A stretch of DNA of 51,821 nt from positions 1 through 51,821 of IMG/VR virus record IMGVR_UViG_3300017754_001798; one strand, given 5' to 3'. The stretch comes from a virus. Its lineage: Duplodnaviria > Caudoviricetes. Positions 37,413-46,723 of this stretch are shown here, piece by piece. Numbering within the stretch: the stretch's first letter is position 1; each line of letters opens with the position of its first letter. Position numbers and translations under genes: made by a program. The notes under the pieces are model-generated. The model was not told the origin of the DNA. It ran no database searches and was given only the letters and a program-made list of their open reading frames with translations.

Positions 37413-37475
37413 TCAATCGGGAGTGTCCGGTAATTAGCCTGGACACTCTCACTACCATCTTAGGGAGAATCAACC

Positions 37476-37706
37476 ATGATCGAACGCACCTCTGGCAAAC
37501 TGGTAATCAAAACCTACATCAACCACAACCAGCCAGATCAGCATGGCCGACAGTCTGGCAAGTGGGTAACTCTCATGACCCAGCATGGCCTGAGCTATGA
37601 AGAGGCCGACACTGCTGGCCGAGAGTTTATTAAAAACAATGAGCGGTTCAGTGGCACCGAACTATTCGCCCAGTGGATGCCATATGCGCAGCATGTATAT
37701 CTCTGA
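37476..37706 (+). CDS. Hypothetical protein
   Basis: 76 aa, same TAGGGAGAATCA leader as 36783, followed by a terminator. Confidence 0.7.
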   Translation: MIERTSGKLVIKTYINHNQPDQHGRQSGKWVTLMTQHGLSYEEADTAGREFIKNNERFSGTELFAQWMPYAQHVYL

Positions 37707-37725
37707 TCCACCCAGCATCAACGAG

Positions 37726-37749
37726 AACCCAGCTTCGGCTGGGTTTTTT
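37726..37749 (+). terminator. Intrinsic terminator
   Basis: AACCCAGC-TTCG-GCTGGGTT followed by a T-run. Confidence 0.9.
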
Positions 37750-37963
37750 ATTGCCAGCAGCAGACAGGCCGACCCAGTTAATCTGGCTGGCTGGCCGACC
37801 CTACCCGCCCCCGACCCCCCTAAAAATCGCTTACCACCCTACCGCACATATACACTATGATTTGCACATCACATCATCGCGTTTCAAAAACACATACAAA
37901 AATAACAACATATAACTTAAACCACCCCTATTGATAAGTTATTCGCATACCCCCCCCACCCCC

Positions 37964-37992
37964 TTGTTTTTTCTGCATCACTTACTTATACT
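37964..37992 (+). promoter_or_regulatory. Putative sigma70 promoter upstream of the packaging operon
   Basis: TTGTTT-17 nt-TATACT. Confidence 0.45.
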
Positions 37993-38056
37993 GCGCTGGC
38001 AGAAACACCCCCCTATGTTTTTCTTTTAGGATCCATATAGGTAGGGTAATATTTCT

Positions 38057-38250
38057 GCGGGGAAAGCGGATGGTGCTTCTTTTGATTAACTGGGGTTCAT
38101 CAACGCACTGGAGCGAGTACCCTGTACCAACACGCATGAGGATTGGAGCCCGAGTCCGCAAGACTTAGTAGGCTTGCCAAAAGATAGCCAGCAGTCCTAG
38201 GAAACTCTGGATGAGACAAGCTAGATAGCCAGTCCTCAGTCGTGTTGGTA
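38057..38250 (+). ncRNA. Candidate structured RNA(s) upstream of terS
   Basis: Nested stems at 38057-38125, and long-range stems 38125-38134/38241-38250 and 38137-38146/38229-38238; no ORF. Confidence 0.5.
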
Positions 38251-38294
38251 TTAATTAGTACCTATCTTCATCTGTCTCTCAGACAAGGCAGAAC

Positions 38295-38912
38295 ATGACA
38301 ATTGAGATACAACCTACTGAAGGTGTGCCCGTCCCCAAAGATTTGGGCGACGAAGTCGGCGCGTCTTTGCAGGATAACGCTCGTGTCGCTGCCAACACGG
38401 CTGCACTTATGGCAGAGCTTGGGATGCCCTTCGAAATGACGGAGGAAGATGAGAAGTTAGCCCATGACTTGTTTAAACAGGTCGATGCCAAAAAACAAAA
38501 AACCCCTTCAGGCCAGTACAACCCCGCAGCTTTATATCAGGGCAACGTAGCCTTGAAGCTGTCTGCTCTATTAAATGAGTACGACCAGCGGGTTGTCTTG
38601 GATGCTACCCAAGCACGGACCTATATAACTAATAGACTCCTTGAAATATCCTCTTGCGGCGATGCTAGGTACGAGCTAAAGGCTATCGAGCTCCTTGGCA
38701 AGCTTTCCGATGTTGGTGCTTTCACAGAGAAGTCCGAAGTAACCATCACTCACCGCACTTCAGATGACCTAAAGACAGCCATTGCGGACAAAATTAACCG
38801 TCTTTTGGCGGCTCAAGCGGCAAATACCATTGATATAACCCCCGAACACGACTCTCTAGAAGCAGAATTAGGACTTTTAGATCCTCCAACCCCGGAGGAA
38901 AACCCAGAATGA
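38295..38912 (+). CDS. terS: Terminase small subunit (putative)
   Basis: Immediately upstream of terL with ATGA overlap; LKAIELLGKLSDVGAFTEKSEV motif. Confidence 0.7.
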   Translation: MTIEIQPTEGVPVPKDLGDEVGASLQDNARVAANTAALMAELGMPFEMTEEDEKLAHDLFKQVDAKKQKTPSGQYNPAALYQGNVALKLSALLNEYDQRVVLDATQARTYITNRLLEISSCGDARYELKAIELLGKLSDVGAFTEKSEVTITHRTSDDLKTAIADKINRLLAAQAANTIDITPEHDSLEAELGLLDPPTPEENPE

Positions 38913-40420
38913 ACCCCCAAGAGTTGCAGAATCTTTTGAAAGTGCTTCCAAATCTACCTGAAGCACAGCTTCGTGACCTCTATGCGTCCCTAGAAGAGCA
39001 TGAAGTCTTACAAAAAAGAGAGAACGCAGCGAATAACTTCATGGATTTTGTCCATAAGGTATGGCCTCACTTCATAGACGGCGCTCACCACACAAGAATG
39101 GCCCGTGCCTTTGAACGAGTCGCCAGAGGCGAATGCAAGAGGCTCATTATTAACATGCCACCACGGCACACGAAATCCGAATTTGCCTCATACCTGCTAC
39201 CAGCATGGTTTCTGGGCAATTTTCCTCACAAAAAAGTAATCCAAACGTCCCATACAGCAGAACTTGCCGTGGGTTTTGGACGAAAAGTGCGAAATCTGGT
39301 CGATTCCGAAGTGTTTCACGAGATATTTCCGGGGGTTGGCCTGCGGGCGGACTCCCAAGCGGCAGGTCGATGGAATACATCAGCGGGCGGTGACTACTTC
39401 GCTATCGGTGTAGGGGGTGCGGTAACCGGTAAGGGTGCTGACATCCTGATTATTGACGATCCTCATAGTGAACAAGAAGCTGCCTTGGCCGAGGTGAACC
39501 CAGAAATCTACGACAAGGTCTATGAGTGGTACACATCCGGACCTCGTCAGCGTCTCCAGCCGGGTGGCTCCATTATTATCGTGATGACCCGTTGGTCAAA
39601 GAAAGATTTGACTGGTCAAGTATTAAAAGCCGCAGCCCAGCGTGGGGGAGACGAGTGGGAAGTAATCGAGTTCCCTGCAATCCTACCCAGTGGGAATCCT
39701 TTGTGGCCACAGTTCTGGTCTTTGAAGGAACTGATGGCGTTGAAGGAGGAACTGCCCAACCAGAAGTGGATGGCGCAGTATATGCAGAACCCCACTTCCG
39801 AATCCGCCGCTATCGTCAAGCGGGAATGGTGGCAGATATGGGAGGAAGAGTCTCCTCCGCAGTGCGAGTTCATATTGCAGTCTTGGGATACGGCGTTTGA
39901 GAAGTCTACCCGTGCTGACTACAGCGCATGTACTACTTGGGGGGTCTTCTACCAGCCAGACGATACAGGGTTATCACAGGCAAATATTATTCTCCTAAAC
40001 GCGTTCCGTGACCGGATGGAGTTTCCGGCGCTAAAGAAGAAGGCAATTGAGGAGTTCAAAGAGTGGGACCCGGACTCCATCATTGTGGAGAAAAAGGCGT
40101 CAGGTGCGCCTCTTATATATGAGATGCGGTCGATGGGGATCCCTGTGCAGGAGTTCACGCCCTCCAAAGGCAATGACAAGATTTCGAGGTTGAATGCGGT
40201 CGCTGATCTGTTCGCATCCGGACGGGTTTGGGTACCCAACACACAATGGGCAGAGGAAGTCGTAGATGAGGTAGCAAGCTTCCCCGGTGGGGAGCATGAC
40301 GACTATGTTGACTCCGTGTCCCTTGCAATGATGCGTTTTAGACGAGGTGGCTATATCCGCACTCTGTTGGATGAGCCTGAAGAAGTTAGAGAATTTAGGC
40401 GGCAACGACCGTACTACTGA
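38909..40420 (+). CDS. terL: Terminase large subunit
   Basis: NMPPRHTKS Walker A, IIDDP Walker B, MTRW, SWDTA nuclease motif, HDDYVDS. Confidence 0.95.
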   Translation: MNPQELQNLLKVLPNLPEAQLRDLYASLEEHEVLQKRENAANNFMDFVHKVWPHFIDGAHHTRMARAFERVARGECKRLIINMPPRHTKSEFASYLLPAWFLGNFPHKKVIQTSHTAELAVGFGRKVRNLVDSEVFHEIFPGVGLRADSQAAGRWNTSAGGDYFAIGVGGAVTGKGADILIIDDPHSEQEAALAEVNPEIYDKVYEWYTSGPRQRLQPGGSIIIVMTRWSKKDLTGQVLKAAAQRGGDEWEVIEFPAILPSGNPLWPQFWSLKELMALKEELPNQKWMAQYMQNPTSESAAIVKREWWQIWEEESPPQCEFILQSWDTAFEKSTRADYSACTTWGVFYQPDDTGLSQANIILLNAFRDRMEFPALKKKAIEEFKEWDPDSIIVEKKASGAPLIYEMRSMGIPVQEFTPSKGNDKISRLNAVADLFASGRVWVPNTQWAEEVVDEVASFPGGEHDDYVDSVSLAMMRFRRGGYIRTLLDEPEEVREFRRQRPYY

Positions 40421-40659
40421 TGACCATTTTTGAAATGATTAAGTTTTGGTGGCGGGTTAAGAAAGCCAACCGTCGTTTACTTAAACAAGTAAAGGTGGCG
40501 GACAGAACACCTCATGTTCCCACCCAAGAAGATATTGATAGATGGATTAGAACCAATCCTTTTGGCATAACGCGTGAAGACTTAAACGTGAGCCATATGA
40601 CGCAAGTGACAGCCCCGCCTGTTACAACATTTAAGGAATTTGAACATGGCAATCGATAA
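40420..40659 (+). CDS. Hypothetical protein between terL and portal
   Basis: 79 aa, TGATG-coupled to terL, overlaps the portal start. Confidence 0.55.
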   Translation: MTIFEMIKFWWRVKKANRRLLKQVKVADRTPHVPTQEDIDRWIRTNPFGITREDLNVSHMTQVTAPPVTTFKEFEHGNR

Positions 40660-43114
40660 GGCATTGAACCAAGCCCCCTTGGGCTTAAACGCTGTAGGTA
40701 TGCAGCCCGGACCTGTGGAGCCGGATCTGGAGATTGAGATCGAAGACCCTGAGTCAGTAACTATTGGCATGGGCGATCTAGAGATTGAGATCGAGCCGGG
40801 TAAAGAAGAGGACGATGAGTTCAACGAGAACCTTGCCGAGAAGATCAGTGAAGACGTTTTGGAAGGTCTGGCGGCAGAGCTTGTCTCCGACTATGAGGAT
40901 GACGTAGCCAGTCGCAAAGACTGGATGCAGACTTATGTGGACGGCTTAGAGTTGTTGGGTATGAAGCTCGAAGAGCGTAGCGAACCGTGGGAGGGTGCCT
41001 GTGGCGTATACCATCCGTTGCTATCTGAAGCATTGGTTAAATTCCAGTCCGAGACCATCATGGCGACTTTCCCGGCTTCTGGTCCGGTTAAAACGCAAAT
41101 CATTGGCAAAGAAACTCCAGCGAAGAAAAAAGCGGCTGAACGAGTCCAAAATGACATGAACTATCAGCTTACTGAGGTAATGACTGAATATCGCAGTGAG
41201 CACGAGCGTATGCTGTGGGGCTTGGGTCTGTCTGGTAATGCGTTCAAGAAGGTTTACTTTGACCCCTCCAGAGATCGTCAGGCATCTATATTTGTGCCTG
41301 CTGAAGACGTTGTAGTTCCGTACGGATCTGAAGATTTGCAGACAGCCGAGCGGGTCACGCATGTGATGCGAAAGTCAGAGAACGATTTGAAGAAGCTGAT
41401 GGTCGGTGGCTTCTATAGAGACGTTGATCTGGGCGACCCAGTCAATACACTGGACGATGTAGAGAAGAAGATTGCCGAGAAGATGGGCTTTAGAGCTACA
41501 TCGGACGACCGCTACAAGCTCTTGGAGATGCAGGTCAATCTAGACTTGCCGGGGTATGAGGATGAAGATGGTATAGCACTACCTTACATCGTCACTCTGG
41601 AGAAAGGCACCAATACAGTACTAGCTATTCGCCGTAACTGGGAGCCTGATGATGAGACTAAGCAAAAGCGCACTCACTTCGTCCACTATGGCTACATCCC
41701 CGGCTTTGGCTTCTACTATTTTGGTTTGATCCATCTGATCGGTGCGTACGCAAAGAGCGGTACTTCCATACTGCGTCAGTTGGTTGATGCTGGCACACTG
41801 TCAAATCTTCCCGGCGGTCTTAAAACTAAAGGTATGCGCACCAAGGGTGACGATACCCCGATCTCTCCGGGCGAATGGCGGGATGTGGATGTGGCGTCTG
41901 GCACCATACGGGATAACATTCTCCCCCTTCCATACAAGGAACCAAGTCAGGTCTTAAAAGGCTTGATGGACCAGATAGTAGACGAGGGAAGACGCTTTGC
42001 TTCCGCTGCTGACCTGCAAGTTAGCGATATGTCTGCTCAAGCACCAGTAGGCACAACTCTGGCACTTCTTGAACGTCAATTAAAGGTGATGTCTGCTGTT
42101 CAGGCTCGCATTCACTTTGCTATGAAACAAGAGTTCAAACTCTTGAAGCACATCATCGCTGCGTACGCTCCAGAAGAATACAGCTACGACCCGACTGATG
42201 GCGACCGTATGGCTCGCCGTCAAGACTATGATGATGTGGATGTCATCCCAGTATCGGACCCCAACGCGGCAACTATGTCGCAGAAGGTTGTGCAGTATCA
42301 AGCCGTGATGCAGATGGCGCAAGCAACACCACAGGTCTATGACATGGTCGAGCTAAACCGTCAGATGCTGGAGGTCTTGGGTATCAAGAATATCGGCAAG
42401 CTAGTTCCTTCTGCAGAAGATCAAAAACCAAAAGATCCAGTTGCCGAAAACATGGCCATATTAAATATGAAGCCAGTTAAAGCATTTGCGCATCAAGATC
42501 ACGAAGCACATATCCAAGTCCATGCGGCAGCTATGCAAGATCCAAAAATAGCCGCATTAGTAGGACAGCATCCACAAGCGCAGGCAATGATGGCTGCAGC
42601 TATGGCGCACATTAATGAGCACGTCGCGTTCCAGTATCGCAAGCAGATTGAAGAGATGTTGGGCGTACCGCTGCCTCAGACTAAGGAAGATGAAGTAATA
42701 CCGCAGGATATTGAGAACCAAATAGCAAGCATGATGGCTATGGCATCTGCCAAATTGCTACAGAAAAACCAAGCTGAAGTTGCACAACAACAAGCGCAAG
42801 AAGCTACGCAAGACCCCGTCGTTCAGATGCAACAGCAGGAGTTGGCACTCAAGAAAGAAGAAGTGGATCTTAAGAAAGCCAAACTTCAAATTGAGGCCGC
42901 CGATAAAGCAGATCGATTGGAGCTCGAAAAGGAACGCATCGAGGCGCAGAAAGAAATTGCAGGTATGCAGATTGGCGCAAAGAGCGCCAAAGATCGAGCA
43001 GATTTGGAAGCTCGTCAGGAAGAGTCAGGCGTTCGTATGGGAATCGATGTAGCTAAAACTCATGCGCAACTACAGCAACAACTAAAGGCGAGGCAGAAAC
43101 CTTCTAAGGAGTAA
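40646..43114 (+). CDS. Portal protein (P22-like, long C-terminal coiled coil)
   Basis: ~820 aa after terL; PWEGACGVYHPLL, GNAFKKVYFD, PVGTTLALLE; Q-rich helical C-terminus. Confidence 0.85.
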   Translation: MAIDKALNQAPLGLNAVGMQPGPVEPDLEIEIEDPESVTIGMGDLEIEIEPGKEEDDEFNENLAEKISEDVLEGLAAELVSDYEDDVASRKDWMQTYVDGLELLGMKLEERSEPWEGACGVYHPLLSEALVKFQSETIMATFPASGPVKTQIIGKETPAKKKAAERVQNDMNYQLTEVMTEYRSEHERMLWGLGLSGNAFKKVYFDPSRDRQASIFVPAEDVVVPYGSEDLQTAERVTHVMRKSENDLKKLMVGGFYRDVDLGDPVNTLDDVEKKIAEKMGFRATSDDRYKLLEMQVNLDLPGYEDEDGIALPYIVTLEKGTNTVLAIRRNWEPDDETKQKRTHFVHYGYIPGFGFYYFGLIHLIGAYAKSGTSILRQLVDAGTLSNLPGGLKTKGMRTKGDDTPISPGEWRDVDVASGTIRDNILPLPYKEPSQVLKGLMDQIVDEGRRFASAADLQVSDMSAQAPVGTTLALLERQLKVMSAVQARIHFAMKQEFKLLKHIIAAYAPEEYSYDPTDGDRMARRQDYDDVDVIPVSDPNAATMSQKVVQYQAVMQMAQATPQVYDMVELNRQMLEVLGIKNIGKLVPSAEDQKPKDPVAENMAILNMKPVKAFAHQDHEAHIQVHAAAMQDPKIAALVGQHPQAQAMMAAAMAHINEHVAFQYRKQIEEMLGVPLPQTKEDEVIPQDIENQIASMMAMASAKLLQKNQAEVAQQQAQEATQDPVVQMQQQELALKKEEVDLKKAKLQIEAADKADRLELEKERIEAQKEIAGMQIGAKSAKDRADLEARQEESGVRMGIDVAKTHAQLQQQLKARQKPSKE

Positions 43115-43117
43115 TCA

Positions 43118-43312
43118 GTGGACAAAGCACTGGAAGTTATTAAAGACAAGATAAATGAGAAACAAGCTTTCCTAGCCAAAGCGGTTAGTGAAGGTATTGC
43201 AAAGGATTACACGGAGTATCGTGCAATGTGCGGGGAGATTCGGGGTCTATCCATCGCAGAAGGTTTTATTTTAGATCTCGCAGACCAAATGGAGCGCCAC
43301 GAAGATGAGTGA
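43118..43312 (+). CDS. Small hypothetical protein
   Basis: 64 aa, AAGGAG RBS, GTG start, Y..MCGEIRGL motif. Confidence 0.65.
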   Translation: MDKALEVIKDKINEKQAFLAKAVSEGIAKDYTEYRAMCGEIRGLSIAEGFILDLADQMERHEDE

Positions 43313-43697
43313 AATACTAATCGCTACAGAAAGCGGTGTAGTACCACAGGAAGCAGAAGAAAAAGCCAAGCAATTACCACAGCCAACGGGGTATCACATC
43401 CTTGTCGGGCTGCCGGAAATTGAAGATACGTACGAGAGTGGACTGATTAAAGCAGACCAAACTCGTCATTTTGAAGAGGTACTAGCGACGGTATTTTTTG
43501 TCATTGAGCTTGGACCAGATTGCTACAAAGACGAAAAGCGTTTCCCAAGTGGCCCGTGGTGTAAGCCGGGGGATTTCATTTTGGCTCGTCCAAATAGTGG
43601 CACTCGGTTGAAGATTCACGGACAAGAGTTCCGCATGATTAATGACGACACGGTCGAGGCCGTTGTTCAAGACCCCCGTGGCATCCGCCGCGCATAA
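43305..43697 (+). CDS. groES: Phage co-chaperonin GroES
   Basis: PTGYHILV, mobile-loop-like ESGLI, VIELGP, KPGDFI, FRMINDDTVEAVV. Confidence 0.85.
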   Translation: MSEILIATESGVVPQEAEEKAKQLPQPTGYHILVGLPEIEDTYESGLIKADQTRHFEEVLATVFFVIELGPDCYKDEKRFPSGPWCKPGDFILARPNSGTRLKIHGQEFRMINDDTVEAVVQDPRGIRRA

Positions 43698-43707
43698 GGA
43701 GATATAA

Positions 43708-44658
43708 ATGGATCAGACAGAATTTGAATTTCCTGACGAGAAAGAACTTAAGTCAGGTGGTGCGGCAGAAAGCAAGCAAGATGATCTTGACTTCGAAATT
43801 GAAGACGATACCCCACCGGAGGATCGTGGTCGTGAGCCTATGCCCAAAGAACTTGTACAAGAACTTGAACAAGATGAACTTGAGGACTACTCCGAGAAGG
43901 TAAAGACACGCCTGAAGCAGATGAAAAAGGTGTGGCATGACGAACGTCGGGAGAAAGAATCCGCCCTGCGGGAGCGTCAAGCGGCGGAAGAATTAGCCAA
44001 GCGGATGCTTGAGGAGAACCGTAAGCTTAAGACCAAGCTCTCTGAGGGCGAGAAGTCGTATCTGGATACATATAAGAGTGCGGCTGAATTAGAACTACAT
44101 GTTGCCGAAAAAGCATATAAAGCGGCGTATGAAGAGGGCGATACTGAAAAGTTGCTAGACGCACAACGAAAGTTGAGCGACGCAAACTATAAATTGCAAA
44201 AAGCAAAAGAATACGTTCCCTCTTTACAATATGATGAAAGTGAGGTACAACCTCAGCCAGAAGCACAAGTGGCTCGCCCTGACCCGAGGGCTGTTGCGTG
44301 GCAAGAGCGCAATACATGGTTCGGTCAGGACGAGGAGATGACTAGTCTTGCACTTGGGCTACATCAAAAACTAGTCAAACAGTACGGCCAAAACTATACG
44401 TCCACCGACGAGTATTGGCAGAAGATTGATGGCACTATGCGTCAACGCTTCCCGGACTACTTCCAAGATTCTACGCAACCGGCTAAACCCGCTTCGCGCA
44501 CAGAAAAATCATCCACGGTCGTTGCTCCTGCAACCCGTAGCACATCCTCCAAAAAGATAGTGTTAAAGCAGTCGCAGTTGAGCATTGCTAAACGTCTGGG
44601 CTTAAGCCCTGAGCAATACGCCCGTGAACTTATGAAAATGGAGGCCAACAATGGCTGA
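43708..44658 (+). CDS. Capsid scaffolding protein (putative)
   Basis: Acidic coiled coil upstream of the capsid gene; C-terminal IAKRLGLSPEQYA. Confidence 0.65.
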   Translation: MDQTEFEFPDEKELKSGGAAESKQDDLDFEIEDDTPPEDRGREPMPKELVQELEQDELEDYSEKVKTRLKQMKKVWHDERREKESALRERQAAEELAKRMLEENRKLKTKLSEGEKSYLDTYKSAAELELHVAEKAYKAAYEEGDTEKLLDAQRKLSDANYKLQKAKEYVPSLQYDESEVQPQPEAQVARPDPRAVAWQERNTWFGQDEEMTSLALGLHQKLVKQYGQNYTSTDEYWQKIDGTMRQRFPDYFQDSTQPAKPASRTEKSSTVVAPATRSTSSKKIVLKQSQLSIAKRLGLSPEQYARELMKMEANNG

Positions 44659-45097
44659 AAACAAGCTTAGTCGTGAACTTGAAACCCGTGCCGTGCAGGA
44701 ACGTCCCAAGCAGTGGACACCACCTGAGCTTCTCCCTGAACCAGATAAGCAGCCCGGTTTCGCGTACAGATGGATTCGTGTCTCAACCTTGAACAATACT
44801 GATCCACGTAATTTTTCGGCCAAATTGCGGGAAGGATGGGAGCCAGTCAAGATTGAAGAACAGCCAAAATTTCAACTGCTAATCGACCCGAATAGTCGCT
44901 TTAAGGACAATATCGAGGTCGGTGGGTTGCTTCTCTGCAAGACTCCACAGGAGTTGGTAGATCAGCGTAATAGCTACTATCAGCGACAGTCCGAAGGACA
45001 GATTGAGTCTGTAGACAACAACCTGATGCGCCAGAACGATCCGAGGATGCCACTGTTCAATGAACGTAAGTCTTCAACGTCGTTTGGTAAAGGTTAA
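44651..45097 (+). CDS. Head-module hypothetical protein
   Basis: 148 aa, YRWIR, REGWEPV, VGGLLLCK motifs. Confidence 0.7.
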   Translation: MAENKLSRELETRAVQERPKQWTPPELLPEPDKQPGFAYRWIRVSTLNNTDPRNFSAKLREGWEPVKIEEQPKFQLLIDPNSRFKDNIEVGGLLLCKTPQELVDQRNSYYQRQSEGQIESVDNNLMRQNDPRMPLFNERKSSTSFGKG

Positions 45098-45118
45098 TAA
45101 CTTTTTCTGGAGTCTAAT

Positions 45119-45799
45119 ATGGCTTATCCGACTGTAAATGCCCCTTACGGGCTAATTCCGATCAATTTGATCGGCGGTCAGGTGTTTGCTGGTGCAACCC
45201 GGCAACTCCCGATTGCAAGCGGCTACGGCACTGCTATCTACTACGGTGACGTTGTCAAATTTAACACTACTGACGGTACTATCGTCAAAGAAGCAGGTAC
45301 TGCTACTGTTTCCGCAAACGGTGTTGTAGGCGTCTTCCTTGGCTGCACTTACACCAACCCCTCGACTGGTCAGAAGCTGTTTGCTCAGTCATATCCTTCG
45401 GGTGGTGTAGTAGCTTCGGATATCGAGGCTTACGTTGCTGATGATCCTGACCAACTGTTCAAGGTTGCTGTGACTGGTGGCTCCACTTCGAGCACCATCA
45501 CCCCAATTTCGGGCGCAATTCTTGGCAGCAACATGGGCATTTCTCAGCCCGCTTCTAACACTACTATTTCGGGTAACTCGAATATTGGTGCGTATAACGC
45601 AGCAGACAGCACTGTATTTACGCTGCCACTGCGTGTCGTTGGCCTTGTTCCTGAAACAACTGATTCGTCTGGTAACTACAGCGAAGTTATTGTTAAGTGG
45701 AATGTTCCGTATATCACCCTGACTGAAGGTACTCCTAACGTCGTGGCATATAACGGTGGTCATTCGTACCTCAACCCGAACGGCCAGTTCAACGTTTAA
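45119..45799 (+). CDS. Head decoration/minor capsid protein (putative)
   Basis: 226 aa, T/G/S-rich, directly before the major capsid gene. Confidence 0.6.
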   Translation: MAYPTVNAPYGLIPINLIGGQVFAGATRQLPIASGYGTAIYYGDVVKFNTTDGTIVKEAGTATVSANGVVGVFLGCTYTNPSTGQKLFAQSYPSGGVVASDIEAYVADDPDQLFKVAVTGGSTSSTITPISGAILGSNMGISQPASNTTISGNSNIGAYNAADSTVFTLPLRVVGLVPETTDSSGNYSEVIVKWNVPYITLTEGTPNVVAYNGGHSYLNPNGQFNV

Positions 45800-45811
45800 G
45801 GGAGTTAAATA

Positions 45812-46720
45812 ATGGCTATTTCACGCGCACAACTACTGAAAGAGCTTCTCCCCGGCCTGAACGCCTTGTTCGGTCTGGAGTACGCTCGCTATGGCGAAGA
45901 GCACAAAGAGATCTACGAAACAGAGACTTCCGAGCGTTCCTTCGAAGAAGAAACCAAGCTGTCTGGCTTCTCGGCTGCTCCAGTCAAGAACGAAGGCTCT
46001 GCGATTGCTTATGATAACGCGCAGGAAGCTTGGACCGCTCGATACAACCACGAGACCATCGCTCTGGGTTTCTCGCTGACCGAAGAGGCCATCGAAGATA
46101 ACCTGTATGACAGCCTGTCGGCTCGTTATACCAAGGGTCTGGCTCGTGCCATGGCTTATACCAAGCAAGTTAAAGCGGCGGCAGTTCTGAACAACGGCTT
46201 CTCGGCTTCCTATCCGGGCGGTGACGGTAAAGCTCTGTTCGCAAACAACCACCCACTCGTCTCTGGTGGCGTCAATAGCAACATTCCTGCTACTGCCGCT
46301 GACCTGAACGAAACTTCGCTGGAAAACGCTGTGATTCAGATCGCTGCGTGGACTGACGAACGTGGTCTGCTGATTGCTGCCAAGCCTCGCAAGCTGATTG
46401 TTCCTACTGCTCTCCAGTTCGTTGCTACTCGTCTGTTGGAAACCGAACTCCGTGTCGGTACCAATGATAACGACGTTAACGCTCTGAAGAACAATGGTTC
46501 GATCCCAGAAGGCTATACGATCAACCACTTCCTGACCGACACAAACGCATGGTTCCTGACCACTGACGTTCCTAACGGCATGAAGCACTTTGTTCGTACC
46601 CCGATGTCCACCGGCATGGATGGTGACTTCGATACTGGCAACGTCCGTTACAAGGCTCGTGAGCGTTATTCGTTCGGCTGGTCTGACCCGCTGGGCATGT
46701 ACGGCTCGCAAGGCGCGTAA
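45812..46720 (+). CDS. Major capsid protein
   Basis: 302 aa, strong codon bias, MAISRAQLLKELLPGLNALFG start, P-domain-like KPRKLIVP and RERYSFGWSD; followed by a terminator. Confidence 0.85.
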   Translation: MAISRAQLLKELLPGLNALFGLEYARYGEEHKEIYETETSERSFEEETKLSGFSAAPVKNEGSAIAYDNAQEAWTARYNHETIALGFSLTEEAIEDNLYDSLSARYTKGLARAMAYTKQVKAAAVLNNGFSASYPGGDGKALFANNHPLVSGGVNSNIPATAADLNETSLENAVIQIAAWTDERGLLIAAKPRKLIVPTALQFVATRLLETELRVGTNDNDVNALKNNGSIPEGYTINHFLTDTNAWFLTTDVPNGMKHFVRTPMSTGMDGDFDTGNVRYKARERYSFGWSDPLGMYGSQGA

Positions 46721-46723
46721 TAG

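Noticed and set aside
37597-37915. ORFs 37597-37860 and 37673-37915
   Set aside because: They run through a strong terminator and low-complexity C-rich DNA.
38057-38250. tRNA or known self-cleaving ribozyme
   Set aside because: No T-loop GTTCRA or cloverleaf, and no complete hammerhead, twister or HDV core recognised; kept only as an unassigned structured RNA.
45833-46711. 292-aa antisense ORF over the major capsid gene
   Set aside because: Shadow of the strongly biased codon usage of the capsid gene; no protein-like motifs.
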